DNA of 64,000 nt from Podarcis liolepis. Taxonomy: Eukaryota. How positions within the stretch are numbered: position 1 is the stretch's first letter; each line of letters begins with the position of its first letter. This document shows, piece by piece, positions 39,246-50,122 of this stretch. The notes beneath the pieces were generated by a model. That model worked only from the letters and a program-made list of their open reading frames with translations. It had not been told where the DNA came from and searched no databases. The stretch lies in NCBI GenBank assembly GCA_965112155.1, contig OZ218098.1; one strand, written 5' to 3'. A program made the position numbers and the translations under genes.

Positions 39246-39429
39246 CAATAAAATACAGTACCATACAATACAGTTCACAGTACCTGACCTGGAAATAAAA
39301 TATATACCAAAACTCAGTAACAGTGCAGACTGTGCAATAATGTCTGTCATCAAACAGGGGTCTGTGCTGCTGCCTAAAACTGCCACACTAAAGATACTAC
39401 GTCTTTTAAGATCTTTAAAATATCCCAAC

Positions 39430-40260
39430 TGTTCTGTACAGACCAGCCCTACTCCTGTACATTTGTGTAATCAATGGATACCAAACGGCTACAAATGGAT
39501 CATTTTTCATTTGGCCACCAAAAACCTGTAACACAAGTTTCCTCAATAATGCCAAATTTCAAATCCTTTGATACCAGTCCTCCAGGTTTGTAAACTTATA
39601 ATCCTTCCAGTGAGATGCTACTACTGCCTGTGCTGCCAGCAAGAAGTAGAAAATTAGTTCTTTGTTATTTAAGTCCTTTTGTAGACCCTCAGCTTTAAGA
39701 GAGGCATTCTGGGCATGGGTTGGATATTCTGTTTCACAATCTGTGATATTTCAGGATAGAGTGCATCCCAACTGTTGGACTTCAGGACACTTCCTCCACA
39801 TGCTGTGGTAGGTGCCAATATTCTGACAACTCCTCCAACACATGGGGGAAGAGCTCAGCCTCATAAAGCAAGTTTCCTAGGAGTCAAATCCTAATAGCTC
39901 TTTATTTTTAAACCGGACTTAGACCGTAAATCAGGATACATCACCATCCTTCCACATGCTTGGGCTGTGGCATTTAATTTACATTTTCCTCTACCACCAA
40001 ACCCTTTTTGGTGGTCTTATGCTAACTTGAGGTGTGTTTTTTTTAAAGGGTGAGGATTAAATAATCATGCAACCCTTTAACCAGATGCCGATCCACATAG
40101 ATCAACTAACTCCATATTATCAGGATGTTGTTTTCATCATAGGAACTGGCTCCTCATTGTCAACGTAGTCCTATTAAAACAGTACTATCATATTTACCTC
40201 AAACAACACCAATAAATTGGTTTTGACAGGCTCACTTGAGGCCATACTGTACTATTCTTT
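39430..40260 (-). mobile_element. Degenerate L1/Tx1-clade ORF2 C-terminal fragment
   Basis: Minus strand near 39770-39845 reads CWRSCQNIGTYHSMWRKCPEVQ, a decayed CWRxC..GT..H.WW.CP zinc knuckle; boundaries approximate. Confidence 0.55.
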
Positions 40261-41849
40261 TTGTTTAATATGGGAAAAGATGCCTGAAAGTGATTTTATG
40301 AAGGAGAAACAGCAGAAATAGATTTCCTTTTAAACTCAGTGGATACTGAAGTGGTCGCCTGGCCATCACTTGTGTGCCATCAAGCAAGTCACCCAAACAC
40401 TCTGCCCTCATTCAGCAGTAAAACATGGAGTCCATATGCTGTATGCATTCTACCACAGTAAAGCAAATGATATAAAAGCCATCTTCAACGCTGAGAGAAT
40501 GAATGGCAAGTTGGCATTAAAATCCACCTTCCCTGTCCTCTAGAGAATGCAGCTCTGGTATTTATAGAGAATTTATCCCAGAAAGCAGATCACCCTCACA
40601 CCCCTTACTTTTGTCACATAGGTCTTGTTCTGCCTTCCAAGTTCCATCCGCTTAAACACCAGACATTGTCTCCTTCCTTGCTGCCAGTATTACATTCTGC
40701 CATGGGAAATGCAGAATTGCTAACCTTGAACAAAACCTCAAGCTTCCATGTCTGCAGATTATTCCCACACAGGCAGAACTAATTCCACTTTTTCTCTTCT
40801 ACAAAAAGAAAAGGTACTGCCACCTCCTAAACAGCACAACGGAGGATATGTTACAGCTATCCACTTAATTCCACATTTCTCAACACTAACTTAAAAAGCT
40901 CACTGTTGACAGCATCAGTCATACATCACCTTACCTTTCACCAGAGGCCCCCAATGGACCCACTGCCTGTAGGCCCATATTGGGTTTGCATAGCAGCTGA
41001 AGGGCCAAATGCCAATTAATCTGGAACATATTTTTTCCAGCACACAGCACCTGATTTCCTGGCTGGCTTCCTACTAGGTCGCCTTGGTTGTTATGGCAAC
41101 TGGGAAACTGACGAGTTTGGTGTTGGGTCAGTTGTGTGTGTTTGCTAACTTGTTCTCTCAGATGCCATTTTCTTTGACAAACTCTTGATCATGGGGAATG
41201 TGCTCTATTATATTTCAGAATAACCTGATATCCATGTGCAGGGCTCTGGGAGTTAGCCTTTATTTTAAGTCTTACATCCTATATTTTATCCTTGTGTTTT
41301 CCCCTGAAATGTTAGAGTTGGCCTTAGAACCAACCAAATCCTGGTATTTAGCCCAGAAATATATCATATTTCTTGTGCAGATCCAGATTTTATGAGTGCA
41401 CAGGGTCCTTTTTAAAACAGGAACAGTCAATGTACAACACAACCAGGCTAAAGGTATAACTTTGGATTTTAGCAGATTTCAGGAATTTTCTTGGAATTCT
41501 CTCTGTAGCCAGAGGCTGAAAGAAGCAAATGTTTATGCTGGAGGGTGTGTGTGTGTATGTGTGTGTGCGCGTGCGTGCGTGTGGGGTGTGTGAGTGTGAG
41601 TATAAGCTTTGGCTTCTCTAAATTTTTCTTTCAGTTACAGATTCGTTATTACATGATCCTAGATCCAAACAAAATAAAACCAACAAGCGTACAAGTAAAA
41701 TATCATAACATAAAAACTGCATTAAAGCTGGTTGTATTATTATAGCGATTGCAAGTCCTGGTGAAATATGGCTTTATTTGGTATTCGTAATATTTGTTTT
41801 GTTGTATCAAGTCAGTTTTTGTTGTGTAGGCTTTTGGAAGATTTCCGCT

Positions 41850-42280
41850 GGGAGGTGGGGCCTCAATTCTAGCCTCACACAAGGTGCCATATTACCAAGG
41901 TCCAGCAAAAGGAACTCCAACCCACCCCACATTTCTTACACTTCTCTCATTCAGTGGCGGCATGGCATCCTCTGTTGTGGCACCCCATTTGTGGAATGCT
42001 GTTTCATTTCAAATATGTCAGGCACCAACATAGTTGATATTTTGGAATCTAGTTGAAAGATGTACCTGTTTACCCAGGCTTTCAGGCCTTGTAAGGAGTG
42101 GCTGCTGTAGCCTTCTCCTGTACTTAGCTGTTTATAGCTATCTTTGGTTGCTGTAATTTTTAAGAATTATTTTTGTTTGTTTGTTTGTTTCATTTTACCA
42201 ACAGTAATTTATTTTATGTTATACCCCATCCTGGTATTATAACCGATGAAGGGCGGGCTAGATATCTCTTAAATAAATGA
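41850..42280 (+). mobile_element. Degenerate L2-clade 3' fragment
   Basis: TCTGTTGTGGCACCCCATTTGTGGAATGC ... TACCTGTTTACCCAGGCTTT and TAAATAAAT tail. Confidence 0.5.
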
Positions 42281-43257
42281 ATAGGAAAATGTAGCTATTG
42301 CAAAATATATACTTGTCAGCTTCTTTAACTTCAGCAGAACAAAGGTTTTAGTGCAGTGTTCCAGTTTTGTGTACTGCGTCTGGAGAGGGAGCAAAAAAAA
42401 AAGAAAAGCATCTGTTCTTTATGTTCTGCTCACAATTTATGCTCAATATCCAGGTGTAGTTGGGGACTTATATGTGCAATAAAGTTCAAGATGCTAAAAC
42501 ACTGTTTAGACCAGAAACATTATAAGAAGCTGATTCCAACTGGGAGTGTTTGGAGTACCAAATGGATAGCTCTGTAACCTGCTAAATATATAGCACAACG
42601 TCCTTAAGCCACAAACAACTGATGATGATAGACAGTCCTGCTGTAATAATGGTCAACCTGCTGTGTGCTGCTTACCTTCCCCAAAGCACTTATTAACTAA
42701 TTAATCCCCACAACAACTTCATGAGGTAGATAGGTAAGCATTATTATCCCATTAGGTAAGTATTAAGCTTGGTTATCCCACTAAATAAGTATTAAGGCCT
42801 CCCATTTTGCTGGGGATACTGAGGACAACAGGTTAAGTTACTTACCAAAGAAGCTGGTAACAGAAAGCTGAGAATAGAACTCCATCTCCCAGCCTTCAGT
42901 CTCTCTCCAAGCTTGATAAGGTCATTACCTGGACTTTATTGTAATATGCACACAGCAAAGAACACAAGCAGCTACAACTTGCACCCTGGAGGTGTTTCAC
43001 CAAATGTCACCAATGGTCATCAAATGGGGTTATATGATGAACTGTGCGAGAGCTGTTGCTCTGAAGATATTAAAGTGAAATAGCAATGCTTTAACAAGAT
43101 CATTTTACAGGCAAAGCGAAAACAGAGTTACACTTTCAAAGCGTAATTTTCTGTTCTATTTACATCTTATTTATTTAATCAATAACTTTCTCACAGGGGG
43201 TGCAGTATATGCACTTTTGGGTTTTTTAACCTTACACTGATGTGTGTCCTCCTAAGG

Positions 43258-43508
43258 CAGGGGTCAGCAAAGTTTTTCAGCAGGGGACCAGTCCACTGTC
43301 CCTCAGACCTTGGGGGGGGGGCGGACTATATTTTGAAGGAAAAAAAGAACGCATTCCTATGCCCCACAAAGAACCTAGAGATGCATTTTAAATAAAAGGA
43401 CACATTCTACTCATGTAAAAACAAGCTGATTCCCAGACCATCTGAGGGCCGGATTTAGAAGGTGATTCGGCCGGATCTGGCCCTCAGGCCTTAGTTTGCC
43501 TACCCATG
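43258..43508. mobile_element. hAT MITE (Charlie-like), 251 bp
   Basis: Imperfect TIRs CAGGGGTCAGCAAA / TTTGCCTACCCATG; TSD TCCTAAGG at 43250-43257 and 43509-43516. Confidence 0.85.
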
Positions 43509-43566
43509 TCCTAAGGCAGTGTTTCCCAACCTTTTTTGGGCAAAGGCACACACCATTACAGCCCCG

Positions 43567-43574
43567 TGACGTCA
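43567..43574. promoter_or_regulatory. Full CRE palindrome inside the Pack-hAT left arm
   Basis: TGACGTCA within the inverted repeat CGTGACG...CGTCACG. Confidence 0.35.
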
Positions 43575-44003
43575 GCGCGCGGCGTCACGCCGGGAGGGAC
43601 GCACAAAAGTGTAAGTTTCAATTTTTTTCCCTCCCCCTTGCCGGGGAACCTCCAAGCTTTGGGGGTGGGGGGGGAGGAGGCAGCAAAGCGAGGGACTGAG
43701 GGACTCCTCCAATGACAAGGGTTGGGGAAGAAGAGAAAGGGCTATTCCGCTCCAGTCACGGGAGGGGAATATGTACTGGCCCAACTGGTGTGCGGTCTTC
43801 GGAAAGCGGGGTGCGGGAAGGAAGCCTAGGCTCGGGGTCCACCGACCTCGGCGGAGAAAGGCAACAACCGAAGCCTCCCGACGGTTTCGGGGGAGACGTT
43901 CAGAGCTTCCCTGGGAGTTTCTCAGCCTGCCTTTTGGAGGAAGAGGCGGAGGGGGCCTGGGGATGGCGGTGGCCTCGGCCTCGCCCTCCCTCCGTCCCTC
44001 TAC

Positions 44004-44406
44004 CTTTGTAGTGGACGCGCAGGTTGTTCTGCGAGAGGCCGATATAGCTGAATTTGTCCTTCAGGCTCCAGGAGCGCGGCAGCGGCGTCTCCTGCTCGTC
44101 TACGGCCGGGTAGAGCCGCTTGAGGCGCCGCTTGAGCTCCTTCTCCTGCTCGTTCAGGGCCGGGTCGCCGCCGTGAGGGAAGGGCGCCGGGGCGCTGCTG
44201 CTGCTGCTGCCGCCGCCGCTCCCAGCAGGCATGGGCCCAGCTGAGGCGGCTGTTGTGGTGGCGGCGGCGATAGCGGGCGGAGGAGGGGGCGGCGGCGGGT
44301 GGAGCAGGAGGGCGGCCGAGGCCGGTGAGGGAGTAGGGTTGCCCGGGGCATGAGGAGCCGTCGCCGGGAGTTGCTGCTGCTGTTGTTGCTGCTGCTGCCC
44401 GGACAT
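44004..44406 (-). pseudogene. RANBP9: Transposon-captured copy of RANBP9 (RanBPM) coding exon 1: poly-Q/poly-P N-terminus and start of the B30.2/SPRY domain
   Basis: ATG at 44406 (gccggcATG) gives [13 protein letters not shown]...[13 protein letters not shown]...[62 protein letters not shown], matching vertebrate RANBP9 as I recall it. It ends at a phase-1 donor AAAG|GTAGAG (44003), lies wholly between the hAT TIRs, and no exon 2 is visible in the window. Confidence 0.9.
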
Positions 44407-44713
44407 GCCGGCCTCCTCCTCGTCCGCTGTCTCGCGCTCCTCCCTTTTGCGTGCGCTGCCCCGCCGCCGCCCCATTGGCCGGGTCCTGTCAGCTGATCCT
44501 GTGTTATTTCCTGTGTTTGTGTGTGAGGGGAGAATGGAGAGAGAAACCTCGGCACCACCACCGCGGAGCCGCCCCCGGCTCGACGCGGATCCTCGCCGCC
44601 CGACTCGCCCGCCTCCCTCCCATGGCACACCAGGCAACGTCTCGCGGCACACTAGTGTGCCGCGGAACACCGGTTGGGAAACACTGTCCTAAGGGAACCA
44701 GTGACTATTAGTA

Positions 44714-45414
44714 TAAGGTTACCAAAAAATTTTCAAAGAATCCAGGGACACTTTTTTTTAAATAAAGAGAAATAAAAGTTATTTTTTAAAGTTGGTTTTT
44801 TTTTAAAAAAAGAAATAATATATTCTCTTCTGTGGTGTCCTCTGTCATGTGGCCTTCCTCTTGGAGCACTAGCTGCTGTGGAGTAGGCTCAGGTCAGTCC
44901 TTGCCCTCCCGGTGCTCTCCTACTTCAATGGTGCAGCAAATTCGGGGTTCCCCTCTTTTCCCCCCTTCCTCTTTCTCTCCCTTCCTTCTCCTTCTCCTCT
45001 CCTCCTCCTCTCTGCGTCAGCTCTGGGGTTTTCCCGCTGCCCGCTGGGCAGTTGGCCGGGTGGCCAGGCACTCTCACTCCTGGCTCGATTTGGGTTGGGG
45101 GGGGTCAGTGGTTCCCCCAGTTGATGCACCAGGCGTCTCCGGTTCTCCTTTGGCAGTGGCTGTGGTTGGCTAGCTTCAGGAGCTGCTCACTGCCGTGGCG
45201 CCTGCCATTTTGCCTTGCTGGAAGTCCCCATACGTCTTGTGCCACTGAACCAATCACACAAAATTCATTCCCTACTAATAAATCTACAACACCTAAAATA
45301 TAAATCTGGGGACATTAAATGAAATCCGGGGACATTCCGGGGACGGATTTTGTCCGGGGACAGATTGTAAATGTGGGGACTGTCCCCGGGAAACGGGGAC
45401 GTCTGGCAACCATA
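44714..45414. mobile_element. Non-autonomous hAT element (TAGGGTTGCCA-type TIR) with GC-rich interior
   Basis: Termini TAAGGTTACCA / TGGCAACCATA; perfect 8-bp TSD TATTAGTA (44706-44713, 45415-45422); subterminal GGGGAC repeats. Confidence 0.85.
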
Positions 45415-45655
45415 TATTAGTATCCTTAATTTAGTGCTGAAACAAACAATTGTGCTAAAACAGGTTCTGATAATGCTTTTTGCTTGTCTGGATGGCTGGT
45501 AGCAAGGGATGTGCATGTGTGAAGAAGCATGTTCCATGTTGTGGCAGGGGCTTGTAAAGGAAACTGAAAACTTCCCAGAATAATAGGATATCTTACCAGA
45601 AAGGATGCAAAATCTGGAGCTATGAGAATAGGATAGACATTCCAAATTCAGATTA

Positions 45656-45691
45656 AAACAAACAAACAAACAAACAAACAAACAAACAAAC
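45656..45691. repeat. (AAAC)n microsatellite
   Basis: Direct reading. Confidence 0.9.
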
Positions 45692-48600
45692 CACAGGTTA
45701 CATATTTGGGGGAGAACACAAAAAAGAATACCAGTTTGATGCATTTTATTCAATGAAATGTGAACTTTAAAAACAGTGCCATTAATTCTTTATGGGCTTG
45801 GTGATATCTCTATTCTTTTCATTTACTAATCCCACAATGTAAACGCAGCAAAGAAGGTAGGAGTTGCTCAATTTTGCATTTTCTTGTTTATGACTTACTC
45901 TGCACTGAACTTTTTTTTTTTTTAGTTGAATATATAGCCTATACCACGAAGTCCCTAGCTTTTGTGTTAGAAGATCCTGTAAGGCACAACATAATTTTCA
46001 GTTTATGATACTCTTTCAAGGCTGTTCAGCTAACTGATCTTTTATCTACAAAGCAACTACTGGGTAATCATTTGTGCTACTCAGTGACTCAAAATTAAAA
46101 ATAATGTTTCAGCACAACCGATAATAGTCAACAGTAGCTCTTAATGGAGAAACGTGTGGATGTGAAATAACAAGGGAACATGGTTTATGCTCATCTAATT
46201 AACGAACAGCATTTCAGAGAAGAAATCCATGCTGTGTACATTCTACAAAATGTAGGGAAGAAGGGGGGGCGGGAATAGAAATTCATCACTGAGTTTCTAA
46301 CACTGACTTTCACAAAGCTTTTTTTCTCTCTGCTTCTAACCTGACCTTTTCCCCAACGGTTTGTCTATAACTTAATATAACTCTAATTCTTTTGAAATAA
46401 TGTTCACAGTTAGCATAATTGGTGTTATATAGTTCTAAAGTACATTATGGAATATTCTGTCACTAGACACTAAATTGAAAATTTAAAGAAAATGATAGAA
46501 ATAGCTGTAAGGGAAAGAGTACCCTTTTAAATCTAATTTGCTATGCACCACAGTAGGGTAATGGATGCAATGAAAGTTCTTTTATTGAACTCCCATGTCC
46601 AAAAGGTATTTAGGTAGCAAAGGATGTTAAGCAGCCCCCCTGCACTCTTCCTTTAAGTGAAGATAGCAGGAAATAAGGTATATAGGTTTGTGTCCTCCCG
46701 GTTTTTATTTCCTCGGGAGTACATTTTATGCAAAGGGCACCTTAGGCTACTTAGCAGATCACAAAGGGTGCCCTAGACCCCCTCACTGTCTACATGAATG
46801 GAACTCTCAAAAGGGATGGCAGAAACCATGCAGGGAGTTAAATCCTTCAGGTGGGTCTTTTCAAATTCCAGTAGTGAAGAGTAGCTGGAGAATTGGTAAG
46901 GATTTCATTGGCCTCAGCAGGTTTGAGATCAAAAGCTCCTGTTTAAAAAAAAAGAAAGAAAGAAAGAGGGGGAAAAAACCCTGTTGGGAAATCTTAAAAC
47001 CTCTTTGTAATGTAACTTTAAAAAAGTTAACACAAAGAACCCTTCGACTGAAGCCTGTAACAGCATGAACAAAGAGGATATCAGAACCGATTCTATTAAG
47101 GGAAAGCTGACAGAAACATTCATTTATTTTAAAGAGCAACCCCAAGATATTCCACAAATTCTCTTTTAAAAAAAAAGAAAAGGAGTGTGTGGTAATTTGA
47201 CACACAGAGAAAGACAGAAGCTGAAAAGGAGCACAGTGCTGATGGCACACAAACAATCCATGTCCATCTCTCCATTTAAGCAAATGTGGGTTTTGAAAGA
47301 TTTCCAATTGTCTATAGTTATTGGGCGGCGGCGGCAGGAGGGGGGAGATGCAACAGTCATTTAATGCCCTCACAATAGCAACTCTGTATGTCAACTGTGC
47401 TTTTATTTAGATAATTCTTTTGAGTCGTCTGATTAAAACTGTGTAAGTTAACCAGCTAAAAACGTTAAAGAAACAATATTGACACACATTTTTCCTTACT
47501 GAAAATGACGCACACTTTTAGTGCTTCTGCTTGTCTGCCATAATTCTATAACTTACCCAGTATTTCCTCTATACGTTCTCTTCTAGAATTTCTACAGGGT
47601 GGGTTGGCAAGACAGCAAGGTATGCGTGTGGGGGTGTGTGGGAATTATATGTCCTGAGAATCACAGCTGAGTGAGCTCCTAAATTCAACCTGACACAAAA
47701 CATTTTTCAACCCAATTAATTAAAAACGATGGGTGCTCATCAGTCAGCTGGCACAGTTTTTCCCTCCAACCTTGTGCCAAACTGTTAGTTGTGCAGTCTG
47801 CTTAAAAAAAATAAAAATCTGGGACCGAGATTTTGATATTGATTATTAACAGATACCTGACCTGCTTCTGAGCAGCTCGCAGAAAATTAACTCCTTGAGC
47901 TCTGGTGCCTGAAATGAATGAGGCAGAGTTCTCTCTTATACTTTGCCATCGTCCTGTGCAACATTTCGGCATTTTCGAGTCACACTAAAATCAGTGGGTC
48001 CAAAGCGTATATACAACAATATGATTCTGTGTTGTGGCCGTCAATTGCAAGTAAGTCCCTGTTCATTTTTGTGGCGTCTAATGGCCCCTGCACTGAGAAA
48101 GTTAGTCTCCCATGAGCCCCACTGAAATCAATAAAACAAGTCAATCTCAGCTAACAAATTCCACTGGACTCAGTTCACTTTATATATTTTAATATTCTAT
48201 CCCACTCTTTCCTAACAGATCAAGGTGGATTCCAACACATTAAAAAACAGAGACAATCATGGTTTTGTAATTATAATGTTTAATGTTTTGAAGTCACTCT
48301 TTTTTTATGCACCGATATTAAATATTTAAAAGTGACACACATAACCTATCTACCTAAAAATATTGACACATATATTCTAAAATGCATAAAACATTATTTG
48401 ACTGTTGCTCCAATCCCAACAGAAAAAGTATTCTCTCTCCCCATAATAACCTTAGGGACTGAAAGCAAGCATGAGCAAAATATTTTACCAGATTTGTGGA
48501 AAATACTCAGGCTGGCATGCGGGTACATCTCCAAGGGTACATCTCCACCTAGAAGGTCTTGGCCCTCTATATGCCGCCATCACCCAGACTTGTCTCTCTG

Positions 48601-49733
48601 GTATTTTTGGTCAGTACGATGAACCAATGAAGTCAGTTGCTTGCACATTTGGGGCTTGTTGTTTTTACACAGAATCAGCAAAATAGGATAAGTTTGGAGC
48701 TGCTCAATGTGCACAGCATTGGACCAGCTATGCTAAAGTAGCAAGTTTCACGTTGCACAATCTTCTTCTTCTGAAGATATAGTTCTGTTTGTGCAATCCA
48801 AGCATGCCAAAAATTGTTTTTCTTAGACCAACTGGCTGCATAAGCATATGGGTCGTGTAACTTCTCAGAGAGAAGGAATCTTCAGTGCCTTTATTTACCA
48901 TTTATGTTCAAGCAAAGCAATGCTTAACTTTCTTTTGGTTGTTGTTGTTGTTGGTGGTGGTGTAACAGCAGAATAATCCCTTTTGAACCTTGATGCACTT
49001 TAGGCTCTGTGAAAGAAAAACGACTCTATACTACAGTGGTACATGCACTTGCACAACTTTTTGTTACGTTTTCCATTGCTGGGAGTACTTGCATGAAATG
49101 AGGCCTCCTCACCAAACCCTCATCCTCCGATTTGAAAAGATGTCAGCACGACTACGGTGGATAATGGGTGAGCTTACTGGAACACCGCAGCCTGATTTAC
49201 AGCCGCTTTGAAGTCTGAAAGCAATCTTAATGGGAGCACAAATTCACTTTTATTCCTGTTTCAGTTCACCTCCTAACAATGCTGGCTCCAGAATTGCTAT
49301 GCGTACAACAGCTTCACAAATCAGGGATCATTAAAGTCTTATTTGTATATCTAAATTGAATTGCCTTCACCCTCTCCTAAAACGTGCACAAGTTTTAACA
49401 GCGTCGCCTGTACAATATTGAGGCAAGCAAAGGGGCGAATACAGCCATCCAAATAAAACTTAATAAATTAGGTTGAGTGTAATTATCCAAACTGGAACAG
49501 GGCCAGAAGACTTAGGCAAATACTTCTTTAACAGAAGGAGCCCTTGGAGGTATAATCACCTCAGGAGGAAAGCACTACTGTTAACATTATTTTTAAAGAG
49601 AAGGAAGGATGCTCCAACAACAGTTCCATTCTCTTGTTGTCATATGTCTCATATTTGGACTGTAAGCCCTTTTCAGCTCAGGCTGCATCTTAGTAGTATT
49701 TTTCTTCTTCTTCATACAACAACAACACCTTAC

Positions 49734-50122
49734 CGGGTTATAGTTTTCCTAAGATTCGACAGCACGACATACCATGCCACGCAGCATAGTTTTGGCAGAA
49801 ATTTGCCACTCCAACCACTTTTGGCAGATCTCTTGCACACAGCTTGTATGATCAGGCAAGATCAGAATACGGCAGAGTGCATCTACCAAATTAGCGTCTT
49901 CTGCGCAATAAGGTGCAGCACAATGGATTCACACTTGGGCTTGATCTTGAAAGGAAGCCCAGCTTGCAAGAAGAGCTTCTCTTTGAATGCTGACCCTCAG
50001 TAGTCTGGGATGCCTGATGACAACATGACAGCTGAAGATGGCAATGTGACAGGCTATTGTATTCGTCGGAAGCCGAAGTCAGCATGGCAGCATACTGCAG
50101 TTGGTGCGGTGCACAGGAAGAC
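49734..50122 (-). other. Candidate exon (389 nt) containing short ORFs
   Basis: CTGACTGTTTGAAACAG|G acceptor (weak pyrimidine tract), CCG|GTAAGG donor, retained CpGs; no frame is open through the exon. Confidence 0.35.

Larger units (their letters stand above)
43517..44686. mobile_element. Non-autonomous hAT (Charlie-like) element carrying captured host DNA (Pack-hAT, RANBP9 cargo)
   Basis: Perfect 15-bp TIRs CAGTGTTTCCCAACC / GGTTGGGAAACACTG; perfect 8-bp TSD TCCTAAGG (43509-43516 and 44687-44694); termini shared with 35332-36508; no transposase ORF. Confidence 0.93.

Noticed and set aside
44004-44406. RANBP9 processed retrocopy
   Set aside because: Homology ends at a GT donor followed by intron-like sequence; no exon 2 junction and no poly(A) tail
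43900-44670. The native RANBP9 locus or a 256-aa gene
   Set aside because: The GC-rich island stops abruptly at hAT TIRs with a TSD; the ORF start is a GTG inside the transposon arm; no exon 2 peptide (HGKTPKDAASVRATHPIP) is visible downstream, although N-runs cannot be inspected
46688-47394. Overlapping 126- and 177-aa ORFs
   Set aside because: Low-complexity translations, no recognisable homology or splice support
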